Assembly (NCBI GenBank): GCA_964555245.1
Contig: CAZKRI010000042.1
Span: 2,567-66,566, forward strand
Length of the DNA stretch: 64,000 nucleotides
DNA from: an uncultured Myxococcales bacterium
GTDB taxonomy: Bacteria; Desulfobacterota; Binatia; UBA1149; SPBQ01
Direction: 5' to 3'
A model generated the notes under the pieces. The model was not told where the DNA came from and did no database searches. It saw nothing but the letters and a program-made list of their open reading frames with translations. Made by a program: the position numbers and the translations under genes. Position 1 is the stretch's first letter. Each line of letters opens with the position of its first letter. This document shows, piece after piece, positions 48,749 through 62,023 of this stretch.

Positions 48749-49119
48749 TGCCTGCGCTCCTCGAGATCGCGATTGCCGTGCCGATGGTGCTCGGTACCTT
48801 CCTCATCGTCGTCACCGGGCTCGGTCTGCTGCGCCTGCCGGATGTCTTCTGCCGCATGCATGCGGCCGGTAAGGCCGGCACCATGGGTATGGGACTGCTC
48901 ACCCTGGCGACGGTGATTGCGTTCGCGGGCGGAGACCACAACGTCACCGTTCGCGGCCTACTCGCAATCGTCTTCCAGTTCATCACTTCACCGACCGCGA
49001 CCCACATCCTCGCGCGCGCATGCTACGTCGGAGGCTACCCGCTCTCGGCTCGCACTGCCGTCGATGAACTGCGTGCCTTCCTGCCCTCGCGCCCGGACAC
49101 CACGGTCAGCCGAGACTGA
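48748..49119 (+). CDS. mrpG: Na+/H+ antiporter subunit G
   Basis: ATG overlaps the mrpF stop (TGATG). 123 aa. MnhG-like (VPMVLGTFLIVVTGLGLLRLPDVFCRMHAAGKAGTMG). Confidence 0.75.
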   Translation: MPALLEIAIAVPMVLGTFLIVVTGLGLLRLPDVFCRMHAAGKAGTMGMGLLTLATVIAFAGGDHNVTVRGLLAIVFQFITSPTATHILARACYVGGYPLSARTAVDELRAFLPSRPDTTVSRD

Positions 49120-49347
49120 CCCCGCCTGCCCGGAGCGGAGCGATTCCCGCTTCTGACAACGGCCGCCACCGTCGTTGTCAGGTCTGGGAAAACAAAGTGG
49201 CACGAGCCCCGCTGCGTGACTGATGGGGGAGGGCTGCGCAAGGGCCTCTGCTGGTACGTTACGTGCTAGGTCTTACCCGCACTCGAACGAGGACCGACGT
49301 TCGGGTGTCGCGTCGTCACCATCGGCAGCCAAGACAAGGAGAGGCCG

Positions 49348-50988
49348 GTGCCAGGTCTGTCGCCGCTCGTGCTGATCATCTGTCTGGGCTTGTCGGCCGG
49401 CCTCACGGGTTGCCGAACCGACGGCGAGCGGACGGAAGCTCCGCCATCTCCATCCTCCGCATCACCGTCACAGCCGAACGAGAACGCCAAGGTAGCCGGA
49501 GACCCGCTCGTCCGTGGCGCCGCGATTTTCGAGCGCCAGTGCGTGGCGTGCCACGGCGCCAGCGGCCACGGCGACGGTGAAGCGGCCTACCTTCTCTATC
49601 CCAAGCCGCGAGACTTCCGCGGCGGCGTCTTCCGTTACACGTCGACCTGGGAAGGAACACCGACCGACGAAGATCTCTATCGAACGATCTCACGGGGAAT
49701 GCCGGGATCCGCGATGCCTTCGTGGGCCCATCTGTCCGAGAGCGACCGCCGGGCGCTAGTCGCGTTCGTCAAATCTCTGTCCGGGAAGCCGCTCGAGCTG
49801 AAGCCTGCCAAGGCGCCCGATCCCGAGTACGGCGAGCCCGGCGAGGGGCCGGTCCAGCTCGCCCCCGAGCCAGCCGATGACGCCGCCAGCCGGGCGCGCG
49901 GCGCCGAGCTGTTCGCGCAGAGCTGCGGCTCGTGCCACGGCGAGCGTGGCCAAGGCGACGGCATTCTCGTCGACAGTCTGCGCGACGCGAGCGATTATCC
50001 CATTCGCCCGCGCGATCTGACCACCGGCGTCTTCAAGGGCCCGGCCGAGCCGGAGGATCTCTACCGGCGCATTCTTGCGGGCATTCCGGACACCCCGATG
50101 CCGGCCAACCCTTACCTGGCAGGCGCCGATGCCTGGCACATCGTCCACTTCGTGCGTTCGCTCTCGAGCGACCTGTTGCGCGAGCGTGCCGAGATGAAAC
50201 GGTTTCGCGTCGAGGCGGTGCGTGTCGACGTGCTGCCGGACCATCCCGACTCTGGCAGGTGGAACGAGATCCCGGGCGTCGACCTGCACATGATGCCGCT
50301 GTGGTGGCGCTACAACCGCCCGGACTACGTCACCGTGCAGGCGGCTCACGACGGCGAGTCGATCGCCCTGCTGCTGGTGTGGGCCGACGACACCAACGAC
50401 GTCATGGTGGTGCGTCCGCAGGACTATCGCGACGCGGCGGCCGTGCAGTTCTCTCTCGATCCGGATCCTCCGTTCTTCGCGATGGGCGAGAAGGGCCGCT
50501 TCGTCAACATCTGGATGTGGAAGTCGGAACGTCAGGCCGATCTGGCCAGTTTCGGTGACGTCGACGAGCAGTATCCGAATGCCGGAATCGACTCGTATCC
50601 CAACCTGCGTGCCTCTCCCTACGAGCAGCCGATGCGCCACGCGCTGACGCTGCAGTCCGACCCCACGTTCGTCACTGGCTGGGGCGCGGGCAACATCGTC
50701 TCCGATCCCACCCGGCGCAGCGCCGCCGAGGACCTGAGCGCGCAGGGCTTCGGGACCCTGCGTGCGCGGCCGCCCATCGATCAGACGGTCGAAGCGCACG
50801 GTGTCTACGGAACCGGCTCCTATCGGGTGATGCTCGAGCGTTCGCTCGACGGCAACGGAGAGCACGCCATCGATCTGCGACCCGGAAGCTCGGTGGCCGT
50901 CGGTTTCGCGGTCTGGAACGGCGCCGCTGGCGACCGCGATGGCAAGAAATCGGTGACGATCTGGCAAGACCTCGTGCTGGCTCGATAG
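49348..50988 (+). CDS. lipoprotein-anchored gamma subunit of a type II DMSO-reductase-family enzyme: diheme cytochrome c fused to an EB_dh/NxrC-like heme-b domain
   Basis: 546 aa. Lipobox LSAGLTGC. Two class-I cytochrome c domains (CVACHG...M, CGSCHG...M). A C-terminal ~300-aa region resembling ethylbenzene-dehydrogenase gamma / NxrC / DdhC heme-b subunits. Confidence 0.6.
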   Translation: MPGLSPLVLIICLGLSAGLTGCRTDGERTEAPPSPSSASPSQPNENAKVAGDPLVRGAAIFERQCVACHGASGHGDGEAAYLLYPKPRDFRGGVFRYTSTWEGTPTDEDLYRTISRGMPGSAMPSWAHLSESDRRALVAFVKSLSGKPLELKPAKAPDPEYGEPGEGPVQLAPEPADDAASRARGAELFAQSCGSCHGERGQGDGILVDSLRDASDYPIRPRDLTTGVFKGPAEPEDLYRRILAGIPDTPMPANPYLAGADAWHIVHFVRSLSSDLLRERAEMKRFRVEAVRVDVLPDHPDSGRWNEIPGVDLHMMPLWWRYNRPDYVTVQAAHDGESIALLLVWADDTNDVMVVRPQDYRDAAAVQFSLDPDPPFFAMGEKGRFVNIWMWKSERQADLASFGDVDEQYPNAGIDSYPNLRASPYEQPMRHALTLQSDPTFVTGWGAGNIVSDPTRRSAAEDLSAQGFGTLRARPPIDQTVEAHGVYGTGSYRVMLERSLDGNGEHAIDLRPGSSVAVGFAVWNGAAGDRDGKKSVTIWQDLVLAR

Positions 50989-51003
50989 CCGGAAGGAAGA
51001 ACG

Positions 51004-54000
51004 ATGAAGCAGACTCGGAGCGACTTCCTTTTCATCTCCCGCCGCGAATTCTTGCGTTGGCTTGGCATGGGCGCCGGCATCAGCATGACAGGTCTGTCGC
51101 TGCCGTTGCGCGCGCTGGCTGCGGCTGACCCGGACCAGAATCCCTTGGCCGGGAGCGTGAGCCGCGACTGGGAGAAGATCTACCGCGACCAGTACCGCTA
51201 CGACAGCACGTTCGACTGGGTCTGCTCGCCCAACGATACGCATGCCTGCCGGGTGCGCGCCTACGTTCGTAACGGCATCGTCACCCGTCTCGGCTCGACC
51301 TACGACTACCAGACCTACGCTGACACCTACGGCAACCACGCGACTGCGAACTGGAACCCACGGCAGTGTGCGAAAGGCTTTACGTTCCATCGCGTGCTCT
51401 ACGGGCCTTATCGGTTGCGCCACCCCATCGTGCGCAAAGGCTGGAAGGCTTGGGCCGACGCGGGGTTTCCCGAGCTGACTCCCGAGCTGCGCGATCGCTA
51501 CCTCTTCACCCGGCGCGGCGACGACGAGTTCGTGCAGATCTCCTGGGACGACGCCTCTCGCGCCATTGCTCGCTGTCTCGTGACCATCGCCGAGCGCTAC
51601 AGCGGCGAGGCGGGCAAGCAGCGGCTCCTCGCGCAGGGCTACCAGCCCGAGATGGTCGCCGCCACCGAGGGCGCCGGCACGCGCTGCTGCAAATTCCGCG
51701 GCGGGATGGGATTGCTCGGCGTCATCGGCAAGTACGGAATGTACCGGCTCTCCAACTCGCTGGCGCTCTTGGACAGCAAGGTCCGCGGCGTTGAGCACGA
51801 GCAAGCGCGCGGCGGGCGCAACTGGTCCAACTACACCTGGCACGGCGATCAAGCCCCCGGCCATCCCTGGGTGCATGGGTTGCAGGCCTCCGACTGCGAC
51901 TTCAACGACCTGCGCAGCTCGAAGCTCATCGTGATGGACGGCAAGAATATGGTCGAGAACAAGCTCACCGACTCTCACTGGTTCATCGAATGCATGGAGC
52001 GCGGCGCCAAGATCGTGGTCATCGCGCCGGAGTACGGGCCGCCCTCGACCAAAGCGGACTACTGGATTCCCATCCGGCCGCAGACCGACGCGGCGCTTTT
52101 CCTCGGCGTCACCCGCGTGATGATGGATCGCGGTTGGTACGACGCGGACTTCGTCAAGGCGTTCACCGACTTTCCTCTGCTGGTCCGCAAGGACACGTTG
52201 AAACGGTTGCGCGCGCACGAGCTGTTCGCCGGCTACGCGAGCGCGCTCGCGCCCGACGGTCCCTCGATGCGGATCCAAGGGCTCAAGCCCGAGCAGCACG
52301 CCAAGCTCGGCGACTACGTGGTCTGGGACGCCACGAGCGGCGGTCCCAAGGCGATCAACCGCGATCAGATCGGCGCCCGCATGCGCCAGTCCGGTATCGA
52401 TCCCGCGCTCGACGGCGAGTACACGGTGACCCTGGCCGACGGCAAGCGGGTGGAGGTCGCCACGCTCTGGCGCCTCTATCAGGTTCATCTGCGCGACTAC
52501 GATCTCGACAGCGTCGCCGACATCACCCGCGCGCCGCGGGATCTCATCGAACGGCTGGCCGAGGACATCGCCACCATGAAGCCGGTGGCGATCCACCAAG
52601 GCGAAGGGATCAACCACTGGTTCCATGCCACCGAGATGAACCGCGCCGTCTACCTGCCGCTCATGCTCACCGGCAACATCGGCAAGCCCGGCGCCGGGTC
52701 CCACACCTGGGCGGGCAACTACAAGGCGGCGCTGTTCCAGGGCTCGCCGTGGAGCGGACCGGGCTTCAAGGGTTGGGTCGCGGAGGACCCGTTCGCGCCC
52801 AACCTCGACAGCGCACTCGACGGCAAAGACGTCCAGGCCCACGCCTATACCAAGGACGAGGAACCGGCCTACTGGAACCACGGGGACAAGGCCCTGATCG
52901 TCGACACTCCGAAGTACGGGCGCAAGATCTTCACCGGCACGAGTCACATGCCGACGCCGACCAAGTCGATCGTTTTCAACAACGTCAATCTCATCAACAA
53001 CGCCAAGTGGGCGTACGAGATGATCAAGAACGTCAATCCGATGGTCGAGATGATCGTCTCAGTCGACATCCAGATGACGGCCTCGATCGAATACGCCGAC
53101 GTGGCGCTGCCGGCCAACAGTTGGCTCGAGTTCGAGGGGCTCGAGATCACCGCGAGCTGCTCGAATCCGTTCCTGCAGATCTGGCGCGGCGGCATCCCGC
53201 CGGTGTTCGACAGCAAGGACGACATCGACATCATCGCCGGGATCGCCAGCGCGCTCGCGGAGGAGACCGACGAGACGCGCTTCCGCGACTACTTCGCGTT
53301 CGCTGCTGCGGACAAGCGCCACGTTTACATCCAGCGCTTGCTCGATAGCTGCACCACCACGCGCGGCTACAAACTCGACGACATCATGGCCGGGAAGTTC
53401 GGCCCCCCCGGCGGCGCGTTGATGCTGTTCCGGACCTATCCGCGCATCCCGTTCTACGAGCAGGTCCACTACGACGAGCCGTTCTTCACCGACACAGGGC
53501 GTCTCCATGCATACGCAGACGTGAACGAAGCGATCGAGTACGGTGAGAACTTTGTGGTGCATCGCGAGGGGCCCGAAGCCACGCCGTATCTGCCCAACGT
53601 CATCGTCAGCTCGAATCCGTTCGTGCGGCCAGAAGACTACGGCATTCCGGCCGACGCCGAGCACTGGGACGAGCGCACGGTGCGCAACGTCAAGCTGCCG
53701 TGGACGAAGGTCAAGAACACCAAGAACTTCCTGTGGGAAAAGGGATTCCAGTTCTACTGCTTGACGCCCAAGACCCGGCATCGCGTTCACAGCAGCTGGT
53801 CGAACGTCGACTGGCACATGGTCTACGACTCGAACTTCGGTGATCCCTACCGGCTCGACAAACGCGCCCCCTGCGTGGGCGAGCACCAGCTCAGCATGAA
53901 TCCACAGGCCGCTCGCGATCTCGGCATCAACGACGGGGACTACGTCTACGTCGACGCCAATCCGGCCGATCGGCCGTACATCGGCGCGACGCCGACCGAC

Positions 54001-54474
54001 CCGTTCTACCGCGTCTCGCGCTGCATGCTGAGGGTCAAGTACACCCACGCCTACCCGTACAACATCGTGATGATGAAGCACGCGCCGTTCATTGCCACCG
54101 AGAAGAGCGTGCGCGCGCACGAAACGCGTCCGGACGGGCGCGCTCTGTCGGAGAACACCGGCTACCAGGCCAACGTGCGCTACGGCTCGCAACAGTCGGT
54201 TACGCGCAACTGGCACATGCCGATGCACCAGACCGACACGCTGTTCCACAAGGCCAAGGTGTTCATGGGCTTCATTTTCGGCGGTGAGGCCGACAACCAC
54301 GCGGTGAACACCGTGCCGAAGGAGACGCTCGTGCGCGTGGCCAAGGCCGAGGACGGCGGGCTCGGCGGCGTCGGCATCTGGAAGCCGGCCACGACCGGCT
54401 ACTCGCCCGACAACGAGAACGAGTTCATGGAGCGGTACCTGCGCGGCGAGCTGGTGACCGTGCGGAAGGCCTAA
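51004..54474 (+). CDS. Tat-exported molybdopterin oxidoreductase alpha subunit of the NarG/NxrA (type II DMSO reductase) family; candidate periplasmic nitrite oxidoreductase/nitrate reductase
   Basis: 1156 aa. Twin-arginine signal SRREFLRWLGMGAGISMTGLSLPLRALAAA. N-terminal Cys/His cluster (H..C...C type) for FS0. The length matches NarG/NxrA rather than the ~900-1000 aa of Ebd/Pcr/Ser/Clr/Ddh alpha subunits. Confidence 0.75.
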   Translation: MKQTRSDFLFISRREFLRWLGMGAGISMTGLSLPLRALAAADPDQNPLAGSVSRDWEKIYRDQYRYDSTFDWVCSPNDTHACRVRAYVRNGIVTRLGSTYDYQTYADTYGNHATANWNPRQCAKGFTFHRVLYGPYRLRHPIVRKGWKAWADAGFPELTPELRDRYLFTRRGDDEFVQISWDDASRAIARCLVTIAERYSGEAGKQRLLAQGYQPEMVAATEGAGTRCCKFRGGMGLLGVIGKYGMYRLSNSLALLDSKVRGVEHEQARGGRNWSNYTWHGDQAPGHPWVHGLQASDCDFNDLRSSKLIVMDGKNMVENKLTDSHWFIECMERGAKIVVIAPEYGPPSTKADYWIPIRPQTDAALFLGVTRVMMDRGWYDADFVKAFTDFPLLVRKDTLKRLRAHELFAGYASALAPDGPSMRIQGLKPEQHAKLGDYVVWDATSGGPKAINRDQIGARMRQSGIDPALDGEYTVTLADGKRVEVATLWRLYQVHLRDYDLDSVADITRAPRDLIERLAEDIATMKPVAIHQGEGINHWFHATEMNRAVYLPLMLTGNIGKPGAGSHTWAGNYKAALFQGSPWSGPGFKGWVAEDPFAPNLDSALDGKDVQAHAYTKDEEPAYWNHGDKALIVDTPKYGRKIFTGTSHMPTPTKSIVFNNVNLINNAKWAYEMIKNVNPMVEMIVSVDIQMTASIEYADVALPANSWLEFEGLEITASCSNPFLQIWRGGIPPVFDSKDDIDIIAGIASALAEETDETRFRDYFAFAAADKRHVYIQRLLDSCTTTRGYKLDDIMAGKFGPPGGALMLFRTYPRIPFYEQVHYDEPFFTDTGRLHAYADVNEAIEYGENFVVHREGPEATPYLPNVIVSSNPFVRPEDYGIPADAEHWDERTVRNVKLPWTKVKNTKNFLWEKGFQFYCLTPKTRHRVHSSWSNVDWHMVYDSNFGDPYRLDKRAPCVGEHQLSMNPQAARDLGINDGDYVYVDANPADRPYIGATPTDPFYRVSRCMLRVKYTHAYPYNIVMMKHAPFIATEKSVRAHETRPDGRALSENTGYQANVRYGSQQSVTRNWHMPMHQTDTLFHKAKVFMGFIFGGEADNHAVNTVPKETLVRVAKAEDGGLGGVGIWKPATTGYSPDNENEFMERYLRGELVTVRKA

Positions 54475-54491
54475 CAAAGGAGACGCGAGCG

Positions 54492-54832
54492 ATGCCCTAC
54501 GACGAAGCGCAACCCGACGATCCGACGATGCTCGTCGGCGTCTCGGTGCCGGGGGATGAGGACTCGGTGCGCGAGATGGCCTACGCGTTCGCCGAGGAAT
54601 TCGCCGGCATGGGGTTCAGTCGCGAGCGAATTCTGGGCCTGTTCGACTCACCACACTACGGCGGCGCCCACGGCGCGCGGCTCCGGCTCGGCGAAGCGGA
54701 GATCGGGCGGATCGTCGACGAGAGCCTCAACGTCTTTGGCGCGGTCCGCTACGTCGTGCGGGATCAACCGGCGCCGCAGCGCTTCACGATTGACGCGGAG
54801 AGCGGATACGTCGTGACGGTCCGCGACAAGGG

Positions 54833-54836
<4 letters not shown>
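54492..54836 (+). CDS. small hypothetical protein encoded between the alpha and beta subunit genes
   Basis: 114 aa. Tight spacing: 18 bp after the alpha stop, 4-bp overlap with the beta start. No recognised motif. Confidence 0.5.
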
Positions 54837-56104
<1,268 letters not shown>

Positions 56105-56113
56105 GAGAATGCC

Positions 56114-56842
56114 TTGACCGAAACCGCTAGCAACCAGGCGCTTGCTCGTAGCACGGTGTACGCGGCGCTCGCGCTCGCATTGCTCCCTCCCGAGGATGAA
56201 GGGGACGCGAGCGCCGGCGTTTCGGCGACGCGGTCGCTGGTCAAGCTGTTCGAGACCTGCGGTGCGCCGGATCTTGCCGAACAGGCGCGAGGGCTGGGTG
56301 GCACGGCGCCGTCCACTGCTCGCTATCAGGAGCTGTTCGGGCACGCAGCAACGGCCACCGTCGTGTCCTACGAAACCCAGTACGGGACCGATACGCTCTT
56401 TCGGCAGCCGCACGAGCTAGCCGACATCGGCGCGTTCTTCGCGGCGTTCGGCCTCAAGTTGAACCCGGTCCAGCACGAACGCGCCGACCACATCTCCTGC
56501 GAGTGCGAGCTGATGGCGTTTCTCAGTGCCAAAGGGGCGCACGCCTTGGATCACGGTGACGAGTCGATGCTCGCGATTACGCGCAAGGCCGAGTCCTCGT
56601 TTCTCCACGATCACCTCGGGCGGTTCGCGCCCGCTCTGGGCGAGCGCCTGCACCGCCACGATGCCGGAGGATTCTACGGTAGAATCGGACGGTTGCTGCG
56701 CGGCTTCGTCGAATGGGACTGCGCGCGGCTGGGTGTGGAGGCCGGTCCATCCAGCCTGGAGCTTCGTCGGGCAGCCGAGGATGACGGGGCGCCAATGGCG
56801 TGCGGATCGCAAAGCGGCTGCTCCCTCGGCCGTTGCGAGTGA
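56114..56842 (+). CDS. TorD/NarJ/EbdD-like redox-enzyme maturation chaperone
   Basis: 242 aa, helical. TorD-family-like sequence. Lies directly downstream of the beta subunit. Confidence 0.6.
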   Translation: MTETASNQALARSTVYAALALALLPPEDEGDASAGVSATRSLVKLFETCGAPDLAEQARGLGGTAPSTARYQELFGHAATATVVSYETQYGTDTLFRQPHELADIGAFFAAFGLKLNPVQHERADHISCECELMAFLSAKGAHALDHGDESMLAITRKAESSFLHDHLGRFAPALGERLHRHDAGGFYGRIGRLLRGFVEWDCARLGVEAGPSSLELRRAAEDDGAPMACGSQSGCSLGRCE

Positions 56843-57801
56843 TGCGCGTTCAGATCGATCAAGACCTCATCGAAGAATCGGTCCATGCGGCGATGATCGG
56901 ACACTCCGAGACCGAGGCGTTCCATCGCCAGCGGGAGTCTTGCTATGAGGCGCCGCCGGAAGAGCGGGATGCCCGGTTTGCCGGGTGCTTTCGGGGTTGG
57001 TTCGAGCGCCTTCATCTGGCTCGGCCCATCGACGCCGCGCTAGGGGAGCAACCGACCATCGCCGAGCGAGTCGCGCAGGTAAGGATCTCGGCCGCGCGGC
57101 GGAGCAAGGAGCAGGGAGTCGAGCTGTTCGTTGCGCCACCAGAACTAGGCGCTCCCGATCCGGAATCACGCATGCTGCACATCCGGGTTCTAGCCGCCGT
57201 GTTGGCCGACTCGGATGCCACGCTCGCCGTGCTCCGGCCTGAGCTGCTCCACGTCGCGGACATGCTCGACCCGGGTTTCGGCTACCGGCCACATCTGCCG
57301 GCCGCGCAGAGCGGGCCCACCCACGATCGCATGCTGCTCGACCGTTACTCGGCGCTCTGGGCCGCGAGCGTCATCGGTCGTTTGGTGCGCGCGGAGGTGA
57401 TGGCCCAGCCGCATCGCCAGCGGGCGCTGGCAAGGCTCGCCCGTACGTTCCCGATGCACGCCGAGCGGGCGGAGGAAGTCTTCGGCTTCCTTCTCGATGG
57501 CGCGCGGCCGACCCATGACGAGATCGTCGCGCTCGCGATGAGTCCTCGCTCGCTCGGGGACGAAGCCGAGGGACGAGATCGGTCGCATCGCTGCAGTCTG
57601 TGCGGCTGTCCGACGACTCGCTTCGAGCCGGCGGACCGGCTGCTCGACATCGTCGAGATCATTCGCACGTACACGCCAGCGTGGACCGTCGACGATGCCG
57701 TGTGTCCGCAGTGCGCGGACCTCTGCCGGGCGCGGGTGAGAGCGGTCTCAGCTCCAGTCGAGGTCAGCGAGCTTCGCGCACGGTATCACGCTCCCCGTTG
57801 A
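56842..57801 (+). CDS. hypothetical protein with a C-terminal 4-Cys zinc-ribbon-like motif, last gene of the NXR-like cluster
   Basis: ATG overlaps the chaperone stop (TGATG). 319 aa. C-terminus ...HRCSLCGC...CPQCADLC. No family recognised. Confidence 0.5.
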   Translation: MRVQIDQDLIEESVHAAMIGHSETEAFHRQRESCYEAPPEERDARFAGCFRGWFERLHLARPIDAALGEQPTIAERVAQVRISAARRSKEQGVELFVAPPELGAPDPESRMLHIRVLAAVLADSDATLAVLRPELLHVADMLDPGFGYRPHLPAAQSGPTHDRMLLDRYSALWAASVIGRLVRAEVMAQPHRQRALARLARTFPMHAERAEEVFGFLLDGARPTHDEIVALAMSPRSLGDEAEGRDRSHRCSLCGCPTTRFEPADRLLDIVEIIRTYTPAWTVDDAVCPQCADLCRARVRAVSAPVEVSELRARYHAPR

Positions 57802-57879
57802 TCGTCGCTGCCGCTGCACTTCGCCGTAGACGATGTAGCTGCATTGGCTTTAGTCGTGCATGAGCATTCTGCGAATCGA

Positions 57880-57916
57880 TCCATGAAATCCGATCACGCT
57901 ACGATCAGATTTCATG
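57880..57916. terminator. perfect 10-bp inverted repeat (CCATGAAATC / GATTTCATGG) with a 17-nt loop, in an AT-rich gap between convergent genes
   Basis: Read directly. Lies between the stop of 56842-57801 (+) and the stop of the HIT gene (-). No U-tract, so this is at best a Rho-dependent or structural terminator candidate. Confidence 0.35.
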
Positions 57917-57923
57917 GTACGTA

Positions 57924-58370
57924 TCAGCGTGACCCCAACACCCGGACGATCCGCCCGGCTTGCTCGTCGAGCTGCTGCCGCGACGGTGCGCGGCGATCGA
58001 GCGGGCCGAGCTGCACGGCGAACCGGTCGCCGGGGTAGCGGGGGATGACGTGGATGTGGGTGTGGAACACGGTCTGGCCCGCGACCGCGCCATCGGCCTG
58101 GAACAGATTGATGCCGTCGCAGCGCAGGCCGCAGACCCGCAGGCCGGCGGCCACGCGGCGGGCCAGCCCGTAGACCGCGGCGCCGGCGGCATCGTCCAGG
58201 CCGGCCAGATCCGGAGTGTGATAGTTCGGGATCACGAGTACGTGGCCGTCGGCGACCGGGGCGATGTCCATGAGCGCGGTGGCGCGCTCCTCACGGACGA
58301 CGATGCTCGCCTCGACCTCCCCGTCGAGGATCCGGCAGAAGATGCAGGTGGGGTCGCGTTCAGGATTCAT
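57924..58370 (-). CDS. HIT-family (histidine triad) hydrolase
   Basis: 148 aa. HTHIHVIPR histidine-triad motif. Confidence 0.85.
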   Translation of the reverse strand: MNPERDPTCIFCRILDGEVEASIVVREERATALMDIAPVADGHVLVIPNYHTPDLAGLDDAAGAAVYGLARRVAAGLRVCGLRCDGINLFQADGAVAGQTVFHTHIHVIPRYPGDRFAVQLGPLDRRAPSRQQLDEQAGRIVRVLGSR

Positions 58371-59219
58371 CGCTCAGGGCGGCAGACATGATGTCGAGGG
58401 GAGCGTTGCGACCGGTGAATAGTTTGAAAGCGGCGGCGCCTTGATGGAGCAGCATGTCGCGGCCGTCGATCGTTGGGCGGGCGGCCTTGGCCGCGGCGGC
58501 GAGAAATGCGGTCGGCTTCCTGCCGTAGGCCAGGTCGAAGAAGACGCAGTCGCGCGCGGTCGCCGCGAAATCGAAGTCGAGGAACTTCGTACCGCCGATG
58601 CCGAGGCTCGTGGCGTTGACCACCAGCTGGCGGCTCCCGAGCAGTTCCGCGTCTTCGAGGACTTCCAGGCTCGCGGCACGGATGCGGCTGCGATGCCGGC
58701 TGTAGCGCCGAGCGATCTGCTTGGCGCGCGCGAGCGTGCGGTTGGCCAGTACGACCTCGGCTGCACCACCTTCGAGCAGAGCGTAGACCGCAGCGCGAGC
58801 TCCGCCCCCGGCGCCGATGACTAGCCCGCGCAGGCCGCGCACCCGCACGCCATGGGCCGACAGGGCGGCGGCAAAGCCTTCCACGTCGGTGTTCTCGCCG
58901 ACGAGCTTTCCGCCACGGTCGGGGTAGATCGTGTTGACCGCGCCCACGGCCTTGGCCGTCGGGCTCAGCCGATCGACGTGGCGTAGGACGGCTTCCTTGA
59001 ACGGCACGGTGACGTTGACTCCGGCCAGCCCGAAGGCGCGGATGGCGCCGACGGCCTCCCGGATCGTGCGCGCGGAGGGCCGCAGCGGCACGTAGACGTA
59101 GTCCAGGCCGAGCGCCCGGTAGGCGGCGTTGTGCATCCGCGGCGAGAGGCTGTGCGTCACCGGGTCGCCGAAAATCCCGACGACCCGCGTGGTGCCTTCG
59201 ACCGGATGCACGATCGACA

Positions 59220-59220
<1 letters not shown>
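58360..59220 (-). CDS. aroE: shikimate dehydrogenase
   Basis: Start MSIVHPVEG at 59220; the ATG overlaps the ppdK stop (ATGA). AroE motifs GDPVTHSLSPRMHNAAYRALGLDY, NVTVPFK, GENTDVEGF and the NADP-binding VIGAGGGARA. Confidence 0.85.
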
Positions 59221-61976
<2,756 letters not shown>

Positions 61977-62023
61977 GTCGATTCCTCTCTCGGCGTGCGC
62001 CCGTCGTCGTGGTTCGCGGCCGT

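Noticed and set aside
49756-52947. 1063-aa ORF on the minus strand
   Set aside because: Antisense to the NxrA/NarG-like alpha subunit gene. No domain signatures. GC-driven open frame.
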